Shown here piece by piece: positions 29,086-38,276 of a stretch of 64,000 bases of DNA (positions are counted from its first letter, which is position 1; each line of letters starts with the position of its first letter). The position numbers were made by a program, and so were the translations under genes. The notes beneath the pieces were generated by a model, which saw only the letters and a program-made list of their open reading frames with translations, was not told the DNA's origin and made no database searches. The DNA is taken from positions 1 through 64,000 of the forward strand of contig PRDH01000017.1 of the NCBI GenBank assembly GCA_003345545.1, in the 5' to 3' direction. This DNA comes from Candidatus Thorarchaeota archaeon (lineage in GTDB: Archaea; Asgardarchaeota; Thorarchaeia; Thorarchaeales; Thorarchaeaceae).

Positions 29086-30159
29086 TTATTGGCTTCTCTG
29101 CTTTCTTACTTGATATAGTCCCTGGCGACTATCTCGAAGAGACAGTTTCTTCGTTACCAGTCCCTCACTCATCAAGAGCGAGAGCGCATAGCGAACAGTC
29201 CTCGGAGGGAGCATTGTTTCCTCTATTATTTCCTTTTGGCTCATTTGATCCTGGTACTCAAGAACCTTAAGAACGAGTTTCGCACTCGGAGGCAGTTCTT
29301 GAGCATGCTCTTCTGATGCTTCGGACTTCTTTAGAAGCTTGCCTCTCAGGGCCGCGATCTTCTCCTCCTCGAACTTGACGAAGAATGCGCTTGAGTCGGC
29401 TCTTCGGATTCTGACTGGCTTGTTGTCCACTCTCTTTCTTATCTGTCCATCGAGGACTGCCTCTATGGCAACAGAACTTGTCAGGTCTCTGATCTCAACC
29501 TCTACGTCTTCAGGCAAGATCAGCGGTCTTCTGGAAGGATTCACGCTGTTCACGGGAATGATTGAAAACACAGGTGACGCATTGAGTATGACAGGACCGC
29601 CGACGCTCAGCGAATAGGCTGTGCTACCCGTTGGCGTGGCAACTATCAATCCATCACATCCGTCTTTCCAGAAGTGTTCTCCATCTATTAGAAGTGAGTA
29701 TCTTATCAGAGTCGCACTTCTTCTGGCAAAAATGCCTATGTCGTTAAGGAGAGGCGGGGTCTCTTTTCCGGAGATTTCTGCAACTAGTCGTTTCTTCTCC
29801 TCACGAGCCCATCTTCCTTCAAGCAAGTCATCAACAACACTCTCAAAATTAGTGACAAGGACATCGAAGAGAAAATCTGGTTGACCCTTCGAGGCTACCG
29901 GGAGGATTGGTGTGTCAGTCTGTCCGAGCTCTAGGAGTGTCTTCAAGAGAGATCTGTCAGATCCGACAATCGCCAGGATGTCTACATCCATCCTCTTGGA
30001 GGGACCACTCTTCATTCCGATGCTGCTCGCGAGTTTCTCGTCAAGGATAAAATCTGCTTTGCTCTTGATAAGTGTATCAACGACGCTCTTGGTGTCCTCA
30101 AGCATGCCTGCTTCGAGTCCGGACGTGACACCGATTCTCATCATTGCATTCTCCATCAA
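29086..30159 (-). CDS. NAD-kinase-fold protein (GGDG replaced by GSDR) fused to a C-terminal winged helix-turn-helix
   Basis: LND, DGLIVATPTGSTAYSLSVGGP, LDG; C-terminus LPPSAKLVLKVLE...SQKEI.EET.LPPRTVRYAL..L...G...DSRQ.LY. Confidence 0.85.
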   Translation of the reverse strand: MMENAMMRIGVTSGLEAGMLEDTKSVVDTLIKSKADFILDEKLASSIGMKSGPSKRMDVDILAIVGSDRSLLKTLLELGQTDTPILPVASKGQPDFLFDVLVTNFESVVDDLLEGRWAREEKKRLVAEISGKETPPLLNDIGIFARRSATLIRYSLLIDGEHFWKDGCDGLIVATPTGSTAYSLSVGGPVILNASPVFSIIPVNSVNPSRRPLILPEDVEVEIRDLTSSVAIEAVLDGQIRKRVDNKPVRIRRADSSAFFVKFEEEKIAALRGKLLKKSEASEEHAQELPPSAKLVLKVLEYQDQMSQKEIIEETMLPPRTVRYALSLLMSEGLVTKKLSLRDSRQGLYQVRKQRSQ

Positions 30160-30201
30160 ACTGGCGCATCTTCACTGGAGCTCAGTACACTTAAATGACA
30201 T

Positions 30202-30243
30202 GGCAAATGTTGCCTACCCGGCCTCTTCACGGAAATCATTGCC
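30202..30243. promoter_or_regulatory. Two GGMAA-N3-TTGCC boxes in the divergent promoter region
   Basis: GGCAAATGTTGCC (30202-30214) and GGAAATCATTGCC (30231-30243) lie between AT-rich TATA-like words at about 30191-30196 and 30256-30262. Confidence 0.4.
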
Positions 30244-30297
30244 GTTTGAGATTTCATTAAAAGTAGTTCCAAGCGAGTTGAGAAGTGGTGCAATTGC

Positions 30298-31263
30298 ATG
30301 CCACAGAGATTTAACAAGCTTCAGAAGAGAATCCTTGATCTGAAACGCAAGAAAAGAGTTCTCATTCTGGCCCACAACTACCAGACACTAGATATTCAGG
30401 AAATAGCAGATTTTGTGGGCGACTCTCTTCAGCTGGCAAGGAAGTCCGCTGAGTCGAATGCCCACAGCGCCATCCTTTTCGCCGGAGTGCGCTTTATGGC
30501 TGAGATGGCAGCAATCCTCTCACCTGAAGTTCCAGTCTACATTCCTGATCCCAAGGCACTCTGCCCCCTTGCAGCGTGTCTTGATGCGGAGAAGATACGA
30601 GCGAAGAAAAGGGAGTATCCCGGTGTTCCCGTGGTTGTCTATGTGAATACAACTGCAGAAGCAAAGTTCGAGGCTGACATGATATGTACGTCAGGTAGTG
30701 CAGTAGAGGTCGTGGAGTCTCTCGGAGTTGATACGGTGCTCTTCGGGCCTGATGTCAATCTTGCGGACAATGTGAGAAAGCACACTTCAGTTAGGATTAT
30801 CGACCTTGATGAAGAGGGCCATTGTTATGTGCACAACAAGTTCAATCTCGACATGTTCAAGTCGATGAAGGCAAAGTATCCTGACTCTGTGGCGATAGCT
30901 CATCCCGAGTGCCCCATTGAAGTACAGGATGCCGCAGATATGGTTGGATCCACTGGGATGATGGCAAAGACAGTGGCTGAGTCCGACGCAAAGGTGTTCT
31001 TGATTGCCACAGAACTAGGTATGGTTCAACAACTGCAGAAGCAGCATCCCAAAAAGAAAATCATTCCTGTGTACGATGCTGCTGTGTGTCGACAGATGAA
31101 GAAGCACACTCTGGAAAAAATCATCAATGTCCTAGAGAACTTCCCGGAGGGGAACAGAGTCACTGTCCCTGAACAGTACATTCCTCACATCAGAACCATA
31201 CTGGAGAGAATGAATAAAGTGCGTGGCCAAGGTCCCACGGCGCCAATAGATGCCCACTTGTGA
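30298..31263 (+). CDS. nadA: Quinolinate synthase
   Basis: LAHNYQ, GDSL.L, GV.FMAE, CPLA, YVNT.A..K, CTS, PD.NL, HC.VH, AHPEC, GST, TE.G, C..MK. Confidence 0.95.
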   Translation: MPQRFNKLQKRILDLKRKKRVLILAHNYQTLDIQEIADFVGDSLQLARKSAESNAHSAILFAGVRFMAEMAAILSPEVPVYIPDPKALCPLAACLDAEKIRAKKREYPGVPVVVYVNTTAEAKFEADMICTSGSAVEVVESLGVDTVLFGPDVNLADNVRKHTSVRIIDLDEEGHCYVHNKFNLDMFKSMKAKYPDSVAIAHPECPIEVQDAADMVGSTGMMAKTVAESDAKVFLIATELGMVQQLQKQHPKKKIIPVYDAAVCRQMKKHTLEKIINVLENFPEGNRVTVPEQYIPHIRTILERMNKVRGQGPTAPIDAHL

Positions 31264-31301
31264 GGCTATCCTCTTTTCCGATATAGAATCACTACAATTG
31301 C

Positions 31302-31715
31302 AGTAATGGCGATGATTTCAATGGAGAGGAAGAGCCAATCCAGGTTGATTGGCTGTCCCGAACCGTGATACTCTTGTACCGTCGCGCGCATTGACACAGT
31401 ATCGTCCTGAAACTCTGACACATTAAAGTCCCAGATTGCATTCGGCGAGAGGTTTCCCTCATTTGGATCTTTGCTGGCTCAGCAGCATCATACTTCTCGA
31501 TGCTTCCTGGCATTCTAATTCTGGCGAATCTTGCTGATATCAGACAGGCAGCAGGATACCAAAGTTGGACCTACTTCATGCCCTATCCAGCTACCGCCAT
31601 CCTCTTTTTCGCACTCTCACTATTGGTCTGGCTATGGCAGGCGTATGAGGATGCACGTGAACCCGAGAAATCGTCCGGGTCAACTCATGATGATGCAGAT
31701 AAGAAGCAGACTTGA
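31302..31715 (+). pseudogene. Small membrane-protein frame interrupted by two in-frame TGA codons (called ORF 31500-31715 is its 3' part)
   Basis: Upstream of the ATG at 31500 the frame reads SNGDDFNGEEEPIQVDWLSRTVILLYRRAH*HSIVLKL*HIKVPDCIRREVSLIWIFAGSAASYFS. Confidence 0.4.
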
Positions 31716-31717
31716 CT

Positions 31718-32371
31718 CTATGCTGCAATGATGTTCCTGACCACTCCTAACAGAGTATGAAGCACAGGTCCTTCGTAGCCTAGGTTCCTGAAATCCTTCG
31801 ATGTGAACATTCTACTTAGTGCAATGAACTTGCAGAATCCCTTGGAACGTTCGAAGTCCTTGAGGGAGTCTCCTACGAACACCATCCTGTCAAAGGGTAC
31901 ATCGAAAGTCTTGTGAATGTGATTGAAATGATCTGCTCCCTTCTCAAAACCTGGTCTGTATCCTAGTATCGCCTTGAACAGACGCAGAATCCCTCGTCTT
32001 CTGAAGTATTCCTCAATGGTTGGCTGGAACGTAGATGACGAAACAAACACATCAATGCCTTTAGCTCTGATTCTCCTAACAGTGTCAACTGAGTCAGGAA
32101 ACAACTCTTGTTCGAATATCCGTTCTATCTTCAAATGCTCAAACTCTTCTATTGCTGCCTGGTTTCTTGAGTCGTCGGGGAAATTCATCTTGACCTGCTG
32201 TTCATATGGTAGTCCTGTTGTCGACCGATATCTGGATGTAGCTTCTTCCTTTGAGATGCCAAAGTACTTCATCATCATTTCAACACCGACGCTCTCGAGG
32301 AATGGCATGCTGTCCGCCAATGTGCCATCAAAATCGAAAACAATAGCGCTGCAGGGTATCCTATCAGGCAT
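31718..32371 (-). CDS. HAD-superfamily hydrolase
   Basis: FDFDGTL.DS, SS, K, FVGDS..D. Confidence 0.9.
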   Translation of the reverse strand: MPDRIPCSAIVFDFDGTLADSMPFLESVGVEMMMKYFGISKEEATSRYRSTTGLPYEQQVKMNFPDDSRNQAAIEEFEHLKIERIFEQELFPDSVDTVRRIRAKGIDVFVSSSTFQPTIEEYFRRRGILRLFKAILGYRPGFEKGADHFNHIHKTFDVPFDRMVFVGDSLKDFERSKGFCKFIALSRMFTSKDFRNLGYEGPVLHTLLGVVRNIIAA

Positions 32372-32472
32372 GTATAATCACTCGTCACATTCAGTTTTCG
32401 AATCCATTCACAGTTCGCTTTAGACAGTTTTGGTCTGGCTTCAATAGAAGGCTAACAAGAATGTGAAGTGGC

Positions 32473-33156
32473 TTGCCTAACGGGGCACTATCTGCCTTCA
32501 CCGAAAATGATGGCACCACAATCCTTTATCAGCCTCGCATCTACTATTTCGGTATCCGAACATACACGGAGGGAAAAGAACTGTCTGCTCATGATTCAGA
32601 GATGCACACTGATGAGAAATCTGAAATGCTTGATGTGGGCTCGCTCTTCAAGGGGACTGCGACCATTACACTGGTTGCCGAGATAGTTGCCGCCATCATG
32701 TTGCTTGGCTCTGCAACCGCTTACGTCATTAGTCGTTCAGGGCTCATCGAGGAAATCGAGTTTGATGTTGCTGTCTTTCTTCTGCTTGGTGGAGCCATGA
32801 TTACTCTGTTCATTTTTCTTGCAGCAATTGGCTTCTTTGTCCGCTTCAATAGGAAAATCGGCCGATCTGTAATTGGAGATGGTATTGGATCGGTTGACCT
32901 CAAGAGTAAGGGTGTCAAGACGGTCGTCATCATTTACGGTCTTGCTGTGGGTCTAATCCTGATTATCGGAGTGTATGGGTATTGGCTTGTCTACAAGTAC
33001 TTCTTTGCAGCCATAGCACTGACATCTCTGAGCTTTCTGGGGATTTCTCTATCCCTAGGAATCTTAGTCATGTCATTTCTTGTGCAGGTCGTCATCGCGA
33101 CAATTGGCAGGACTGCGACTACAATTATCAGAAAGGTCCTTGCTGAAGATATGTAG
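32473..33156 (+). CDS. Hypothetical membrane protein (4 TM); real start probably near 32581-32602
   Basis: Four hydrophobic segments; GGAGGG just upstream of 32581. Confidence 0.7.
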   Translation: MPNGALSAFTENDGTTILYQPRIYYFGIRTYTEGKELSAHDSEMHTDEKSEMLDVGSLFKGTATITLVAEIVAAIMLLGSATAYVISRSGLIEEIEFDVAVFLLLGGAMITLFIFLAAIGFFVRFNRKIGRSVIGDGIGSVDLKSKGVKTVVIIYGLAVGLILIIGVYGYWLVYKYFFAAIALTSLSFLGISLSLGILVMSFLVQVVIATIGRTATTIIRKVLAEDM

Positions 33157-33219
33157 ACTCTCGCCTAGTGTGAGAGGCCTCTTGATGCTTCAAGAACCAT
33201 CCAAACTGCATGATGCACA

Positions 33220-33462
33220 TTAGTAATTACCATATTCGCCCAAGACTTGGACCTTGATGATGCACTCGAGATTGACGAACTCGTCCGGTTCCTTGCTTTC
33301 AGCGTGTTTGATGGCGACTATTTCCTTTCCGACGAATGCTATACGTCCCTCTGCCACTATCATCATGCCTGGTCCATAGAATCGAAGGCGCTCTCCGGTC
33401 TTTGATGCGTTTTGCAAGATGCTCCTGAGAGTATAGTCCTTCTGTATGTCAGACATGTGCAT
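33220..33462 (-). CDS. Small hypothetical protein, possible Sm-like fold
   Basis: Helix, then EGRIAFVGKEIVAI and EFVNLECIIKVQ beta pattern. Confidence 0.6.
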   Translation of the reverse strand: MHMSDIQKDYTLRSILQNASKTGERLRFYGPGMMIVAEGRIAFVGKEIVAIKHAESKEPDEFVNLECIIKVQVLGEYGNY

Positions 33463-33635
33463 ACCTGTTGCAGTTGATGGAAATAAGTCTTAGCAAAAAG
33501 TGGTGCTGGCAAGAATGAGGGAGTATGAATGGATATAGCGGGCGTTGTCGACACACTCGGTTGTTCTTTGCGCATGTATACATCGCCCTCAACGTTCAGC
33601 AAGGATATGCTCTCTGCTTTACAGTTGACCAATCA

Positions 33636-34520
33636 TCAGCGCTTCATCGTATACAGAACAATGATGAGAATCAGTCCTATTACCGAGACTGCTACAATGC
33701 CAATAGGCATATAATTCGGATAGTCGTTGGGGAATCCTGAGCTCGGTGTCGATGGTGTTGGTCTTGGCCATGGAGTATGTTCCGAACTCTGAAGGGTAAT
33801 TGAAACCGCGTCGCTTTCAAACTCGCTAATCTGGAAATCCCAAGTTGCAGTTATGACTATGTCGTCTGTACAAATCGTTAGATGCGATTCAGGATAGAAC
33901 TGCCTGCCCAAGAATGGAACGTACTCGATGATGTTGACCGTGATCTTCTGATGTGTATCGCCAAAGAAGGTTCGAGCGCTTCCGACGATGTAATCCAAAT
34001 AGCAGTAGTTAGCATGCTCATATATCTCTCCCCAAGCAGTGACCCCTACTAGTATGGTTGTATTGGCCTGTATTGTAGTCCCGAACACGGCATAACACGA
34101 ACTAGTATACCAATCTTGATGATATTCGGATGTACTATTGTCTAGATCCCATCCCAATTCTTCCCAGTCTAGGACTGTGTAGTTGGCAAGAGTCCCATTG
34201 AGGCTGATTAGCATATCAGACCAAATCGAGTGAAATCTCTCTTCAGGGAATACAAACGCAAGGGTGGAATTCTGCGTGACATTGGTCCGAATAGTGAATA
34301 GACATGTAATGTTCACAAAGCACCCAAATTCATTTCTCGTGATGTTTATCTCAACATTGGCTTCAGGCATCATGAGAAAAGTGCCATTGTGAAACGTTCC
34401 GTTCGCACGTACATCCGTCCAGCTTGCCACATCGGCCACACACGTATTCGGATTTTCAAGAAGAGCGCATGTAACGAACAAGAGACTGATGATAATCAAG
34501 ACACCCTTTTCTTGCCTCAT
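33636..34520 (-). CDS. Exported, membrane-anchored probable glycoprotein
   Basis: Signal peptide from MRQEKG, many N-x-S/T sequons, Pro/Ser/Thr linker, C-terminal TM plus KR. Confidence 0.7.
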   Translation of the reverse strand: MRQEKGVLIIISLLFVTCALLENPNTCVADVASWTDVRANGTFHNGTFLMMPEANVEINITRNEFGCFVNITCLFTIRTNVTQNSTLAFVFPEERFHSIWSDMLISLNGTLANYTVLDWEELGWDLDNSTSEYHQDWYTSSCYAVFGTTIQANTTILVGVTAWGEIYEHANYCYLDYIVGSARTFFGDTHQKITVNIIEYVPFLGRQFYPESHLTICTDDIVITATWDFQISEFESDAVSITLQSSEHTPWPRPTPSTPSSGFPNDYPNYMPIGIVAVSVIGLILIIVLYTMKR

Positions 34521-34674
34521 TGACCTCTCGCCTCTCCTCCTACATGAGTGATGCGCCCCTCGGTTCTTCGTCTTTCTGCTCCAATGCATCCCACATACAG
34601 CTTCTTGGATTTCCGAGTTGTACATACCTATTCTTCTCCGTGAATATAAGCATTGGTTTCAAATGAGTCTTGAG

Positions 34675-34711
34675 AAAAAGAAGTAGAGAGTAGGACCCTC
34701 TAGAGTCCTAC
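34675..34711 (-). terminator. Hairpin plus pyrimidine/T tract downstream of the glycine C-acetyltransferase gene
   Basis: GTAGGAC (34690-34696) / GTCCTAC (34705-34711), followed on the minus strand by TCTCTACTTCTTTTT. Confidence 0.55.
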
Positions 34712-34722
34712 GTCATTGTTTA

Positions 34723-35910
34723 CTAAATGATAGTGAGTTTCTTGCCGACCTTCTCATAGGCTGCCAGAGCAGTATCCAGCTGTGCCTTGGTCAGACCAGA
34801 GTTCATCATGTTCCTGATCCGTGCCTTATCACGGGCAACCATCGGGAAGACGATTGGCAAGGCAAGAATCCCCTGCTTGAAGAGACCGTCACTGAGGGCT
34901 ACCGCCTTTGCGCTCTCACTGCACATTGCTGGAACGATAGGTGTCTGACTGCGACCTGTATCAAAGCCCATCTGTTGGAGGCCCTTTACGAAGTACTCTC
35001 TATTCTTCCAGAGGGTCTTCACATGCCTCTCTTCAGTTTCAAGGACATCAATAGCAGCAATACAAGCAGCTGCAGTCGCAGGTGGGTGCGATGCGCTGAG
35101 AAGCCATGATCGGCTCTTGTTCAAAGCATAATTCACCATGTCGCGACTACCTGAGACGTGGCCTCCCATGACTCCAAACGCCTTGGAGAAGGTGCCCATC
35201 TCAAAATGAACATCATTGTGTGTCAGGTTGAAGTGAGACACAATACCCCTTCCGCCCTTGCCGAGAACCGCTTCGCCATGTGCATCGTCCACGTATATCA
35301 TTGCACCGTAGGGCTTTGCAGCCTTTACGATTCCATCGAGGGGAGCTATGTCTCCGTCCATCGAGAAGACTCCGTCGGTGATGATGAGCACCTTCTTTGG
35401 ATTCTTCTTCTCTACCTCGACGAGAACTCTCTCAAGGTCTGCTACATCAGTGTGCTTGTAGACATAGCGATCAGCCTTGGTGAGTCGAACTCCATCGATA
35501 ATAGAGCCATGATTAAGCTCATCAGATATGATTGCGTCACCTTGGTCGACAAGCTGCGGGATGAGACCTTCGTTTGTTGTAAAGCCTGCGCTATATGTGA
35601 GAGAGGCTTCAGCACCCTTGAACTTTGCGAGGCGTCTCTCCAGCTCCAAGTGCAAGTCCATGGTTCCAGCGATGGCACGTACAGAGCCTGAGCCTACACC
35701 ATGTGTCCTGATAGCAGCCACTGCTGCCCTCTTCAGCTTTGGGTGATTGCTGAGGTTCAGGTAGTTGTTGGAGCAAAGCATGATGACCTCTTTGCCATCC
35801 ATCTTTGCTGTCGGGGCGCTTGGTCCCTGCAGTTCTCTGATTCTCCAGTTCAAATTCTGCTCGACGAGTTTGTCGTATTCCTCACGCATCCAGCCGGTTG
35901 GGTCTCTCAT
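34723..35910 (-). CDS. kbl: Glycine C-acetyltransferase (2-amino-3-ketobutyrate CoA ligase) / BioF family
   Basis: SNNYL, GSVR.I.GT, SDELNH.SIIDG.RL, TDGVFSMDGD, VDDAHG, GTFSKAFG, PMV...KARIR. Confidence 0.85.
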   Translation of the reverse strand: MRDPTGWMREEYDKLVEQNLNWRIRELQGPSAPTAKMDGKEVIMLCSNNYLNLSNHPKLKRAAVAAIRTHGVGSGSVRAIAGTMDLHLELERRLAKFKGAEASLTYSAGFTTNEGLIPQLVDQGDAIISDELNHGSIIDGVRLTKADRYVYKHTDVADLERVLVEVEKKNPKKVLIITDGVFSMDGDIAPLDGIVKAAKPYGAMIYVDDAHGEAVLGKGGRGIVSHFNLTHNDVHFEMGTFSKAFGVMGGHVSGSRDMVNYALNKSRSWLLSASHPPATAAACIAAIDVLETEERHVKTLWKNREYFVKGLQQMGFDTGRSQTPIVPAMCSESAKAVALSDGLFKQGILALPIVFPMVARDKARIRNMMNSGLTKAQLDTALAAYEKVGKKLTII

Positions 35911-36039
35911 CTATCTCACCATACTTCCGAAAAACGGTCGTTGTGCGCCAGTATTGCAGGCGCATGTAGATGACGGCGCGAATTATTCCCTATATATGGG
36001 CTTCGCTGGTGACCTTTGTGCTGGATTGAATGACACTCG

Positions 36040-36666
36040 CTATCCCTTGAGTATCTCAGTTTCCGCAAACGATGACAGTCCTGCGCTCTTGGGATTTAAG
36101 CTGAACAGTGCTTTAGCATATTGAATTGCGTAAGGAAGAACATCTGCCGCTTCAAGCAAATGCTTTCGATCCACAGGCTGGGGATGCCATACTGAAATTG
36201 GAGCCCACACATCCTCCTTTAAGGTGTCCTTCAGTTCTGATTCTTGCTCAGGACTAAGGCTCATGTTTTTGCTGAAGAACTCGAAATCGACTGTCTTCTT
36301 CAGTTTGACAAAGAGAACCATGGGGAGCCTCTTCTTTGAACCAGTGACTTCAGTAACGTAAGAGCGACACGCTAGGAGCTCTCCCTTGAAAGGTGCTTCA
36401 CTGCCTGCGTCTCTCAGTTTTGCATCCACTATCTTTCCCTGCCTTATCTCTCCCAGTAATTCACTCGATTTGGACTCCTTGCTCCAGTTCTTGTAGTCGT
36501 TCTGGGATATCCAAGACTCCCTCCACTGCCTTATCTGTTGCATCTCAAACGGTATGCAGGACTCTAGGAGTACCTCTTCTCTCGCCTTCCCAAGCGGTTC
36601 CACGAACAGTCTGAATCTCATGCGCTCACTGGCCCTGTGAATTGGAATCCATTGGTGCTTTCTCAT
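36040..36666 (-). CDS. Hypothetical protein
   Basis: 208-aa ORF filling the gap; no motif recognised. Confidence 0.6.
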   Translation of the reverse strand: MRKHQWIPIHRASERMRFRLFVEPLGKAREEVLLESCIPFEMQQIRQWRESWISQNDYKNWSKESKSSELLGEIRQGKIVDAKLRDAGSEAPFKGELLACRSYVTEVTGSKKRLPMVLFVKLKKTVDFEFFSKNMSLSPEQESELKDTLKEDVWAPISVWHPQPVDRKHLLEAADVLPYAIQYAKALFSLNPKSAGLSSFAETEILKG

Positions 36667-36785
36667 GACAGAAGATAAGTATTGCTGGATAAACGTCGCG
36701 TTCCTGCGCGTGCGCTCATGGATGCGCTATCCTGCGACATCGAAGGTCATGCATAAGTGGACTGGTATGATTTCAGAGGAATTGC

Positions 36786-37274
36786 CTACAATTCGATCAA
36801 GCACTTCTCGAAGTCTTGGACAGAGTATTTCTTTCCCCTCCTGAGTATCCTATGCCCCTCGCTCTCAAGTAGAGCTTTATGAGCTTCAAGGCCTCCAGGA
36901 AATTTCTCATTCAAGAAGCCGTCAGCCTTCAGGGTACGCCAGTATGGTATGTCGAGATCTCTTCCTTCCCTTTTGGCCTCTTCCGTAGCATTTGCCGCAA
37001 TCGTGATAAAAATGCCAGCGGTCAATGAACAGCATCCCTCGACACTGAAATCGCGTGCAATCTTCATACAGATCTCTCTAATGGTTACTAGTTTTCCTCT
37101 CGGGACTGACTTCATCAATTGAACGACGTGGCTTGGATTGACCAAGACAACATCGTCACCTTCTTCAACGTTCATCTTTTGAAGAGCGTTGTAGCATGGA
37201 AAGTTCTTGTCCAATCTCAGTACTTTTGGATATCCCTCTTTGTCAACCATCTTTTCCTGCCATGTCTTCTTCAT
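36786..37274 (-). CDS. MGMT-family / alkyltransferase-like DNA-binding protein
   Basis: VPRGKLVT, IPYWRTL..DG, K.PGG...H..LL..EG; lacks the PCHR cysteine. Confidence 0.75.
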   Translation of the reverse strand: MKKTWQEKMVDKEGYPKVLRLDKNFPCYNALQKMNVEEGDDVVLVNPSHVVQLMKSVPRGKLVTIREICMKIARDFSVEGCCSLTAGIFITIAANATEEAKREGRDLDIPYWRTLKADGFLNEKFPGGLEAHKALLESEGHRILRRGKKYSVQDFEKCLIEL

Positions 37275-37568
37275 AGTTGTTGCTTCCTCACGATCGACCT
37301 AGGGCAACTAGCAGGCCGGGCGCTTAAAAACAGCAATCGTGAGTTCATCCGGGAACGAAGGTTCCCACAGTTGCCAGTGTAGAGTGTGATTTGTGCCCCA
37401 TTAGTTGTTTGACCGAACTGGGCAACGACAAGGGAGGAATGAATCTTTATTAATCTCACAACCGAACCGAAATGAATAGTGATTCATGGTTTCCTACCCT
37501 CAAAGGGGCATCAAACCGACTTAGTGAAAAGGGACTCTGAAGTCCGATAACTAGCTTCTGGGATTACC

Positions 37569-38264
37569 ATGGTCGAAAAAGCACGCATTCGTCAGGCTAG
37601 CATGAGTGATGTAGCAGAAATCATACACGTAGAAAACGAAACATGGCCACTGGGGGAAGCCGCGACCGAGGAGATGTTTCGATCCAGGATAGAGGTCTTC
37701 CCTCAGGGTGTCTTTGTTGCTGAATATCAGGGACGACTAGTTGGAGTGGTTGCATTTCAGCGCATGCACTACAACTTGGATACTCCTATCTCTACATGGA
37801 GGGAGGCTACAGATAATGGCATGACAAGAGCTTCCCACAACCCTGAGGGAGAAACAATATTCGGAATCGACCTTAGCGCTACACCCCTTGCCCCTCCAAA
37901 AACAGGTACAAGACTGTTGGCCGAAGTAGGAAGATATGCCATCTACCACAACTTGAAACGTGGAATACTCGGCGGCAGGATTCCGAACTACCGACAGTAT
38001 TCGAACAGGATGACGCCAGAGGAGTACCTGGAGGCAAGGTATGCCAGAGGAGAACCTCTTGATCCGGAAGTACGTTTCTACAAGCGTGCGGGTCTCAAGA
38101 TAGGGAGAGTGATTCCAGGATACTTCGATGACCCTGATAGTCTGAGTTATGGAGTGCTTCTGATATGGGAGAATCCCTTCTATGTTAAGAATCGTGTCTT
38201 AGTTGCACTTGTGAAACCTTTCGCGATTCTGGGATTCCACATCTACTTGAGAATCAAGATGTAG
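37569..38264 (+). CDS. GNAT-fold protein (YkwB-like)
   Basis: RI..FPQG.FVAE, H.P.G.T..G.D, GGRIP.Y, DP.V.FY...G, YF.D.DS..YG.L..W.N. Confidence 0.8.
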   Translation: MVEKARIRQASMSDVAEIIHVENETWPLGEAATEEMFRSRIEVFPQGVFVAEYQGRLVGVVAFQRMHYNLDTPISTWREATDNGMTRASHNPEGETIFGIDLSATPLAPPKTGTRLLAEVGRYAIYHNLKRGILGGRIPNYRQYSNRMTPEEYLEARYARGEPLDPEVRFYKRAGLKIGRVIPGYFDDPDSLSYGVLLIWENPFYVKNRVLVALVKPFAILGFHIYLRIKM

Positions 38265-38276
38265 CCCGGCAAGCCT

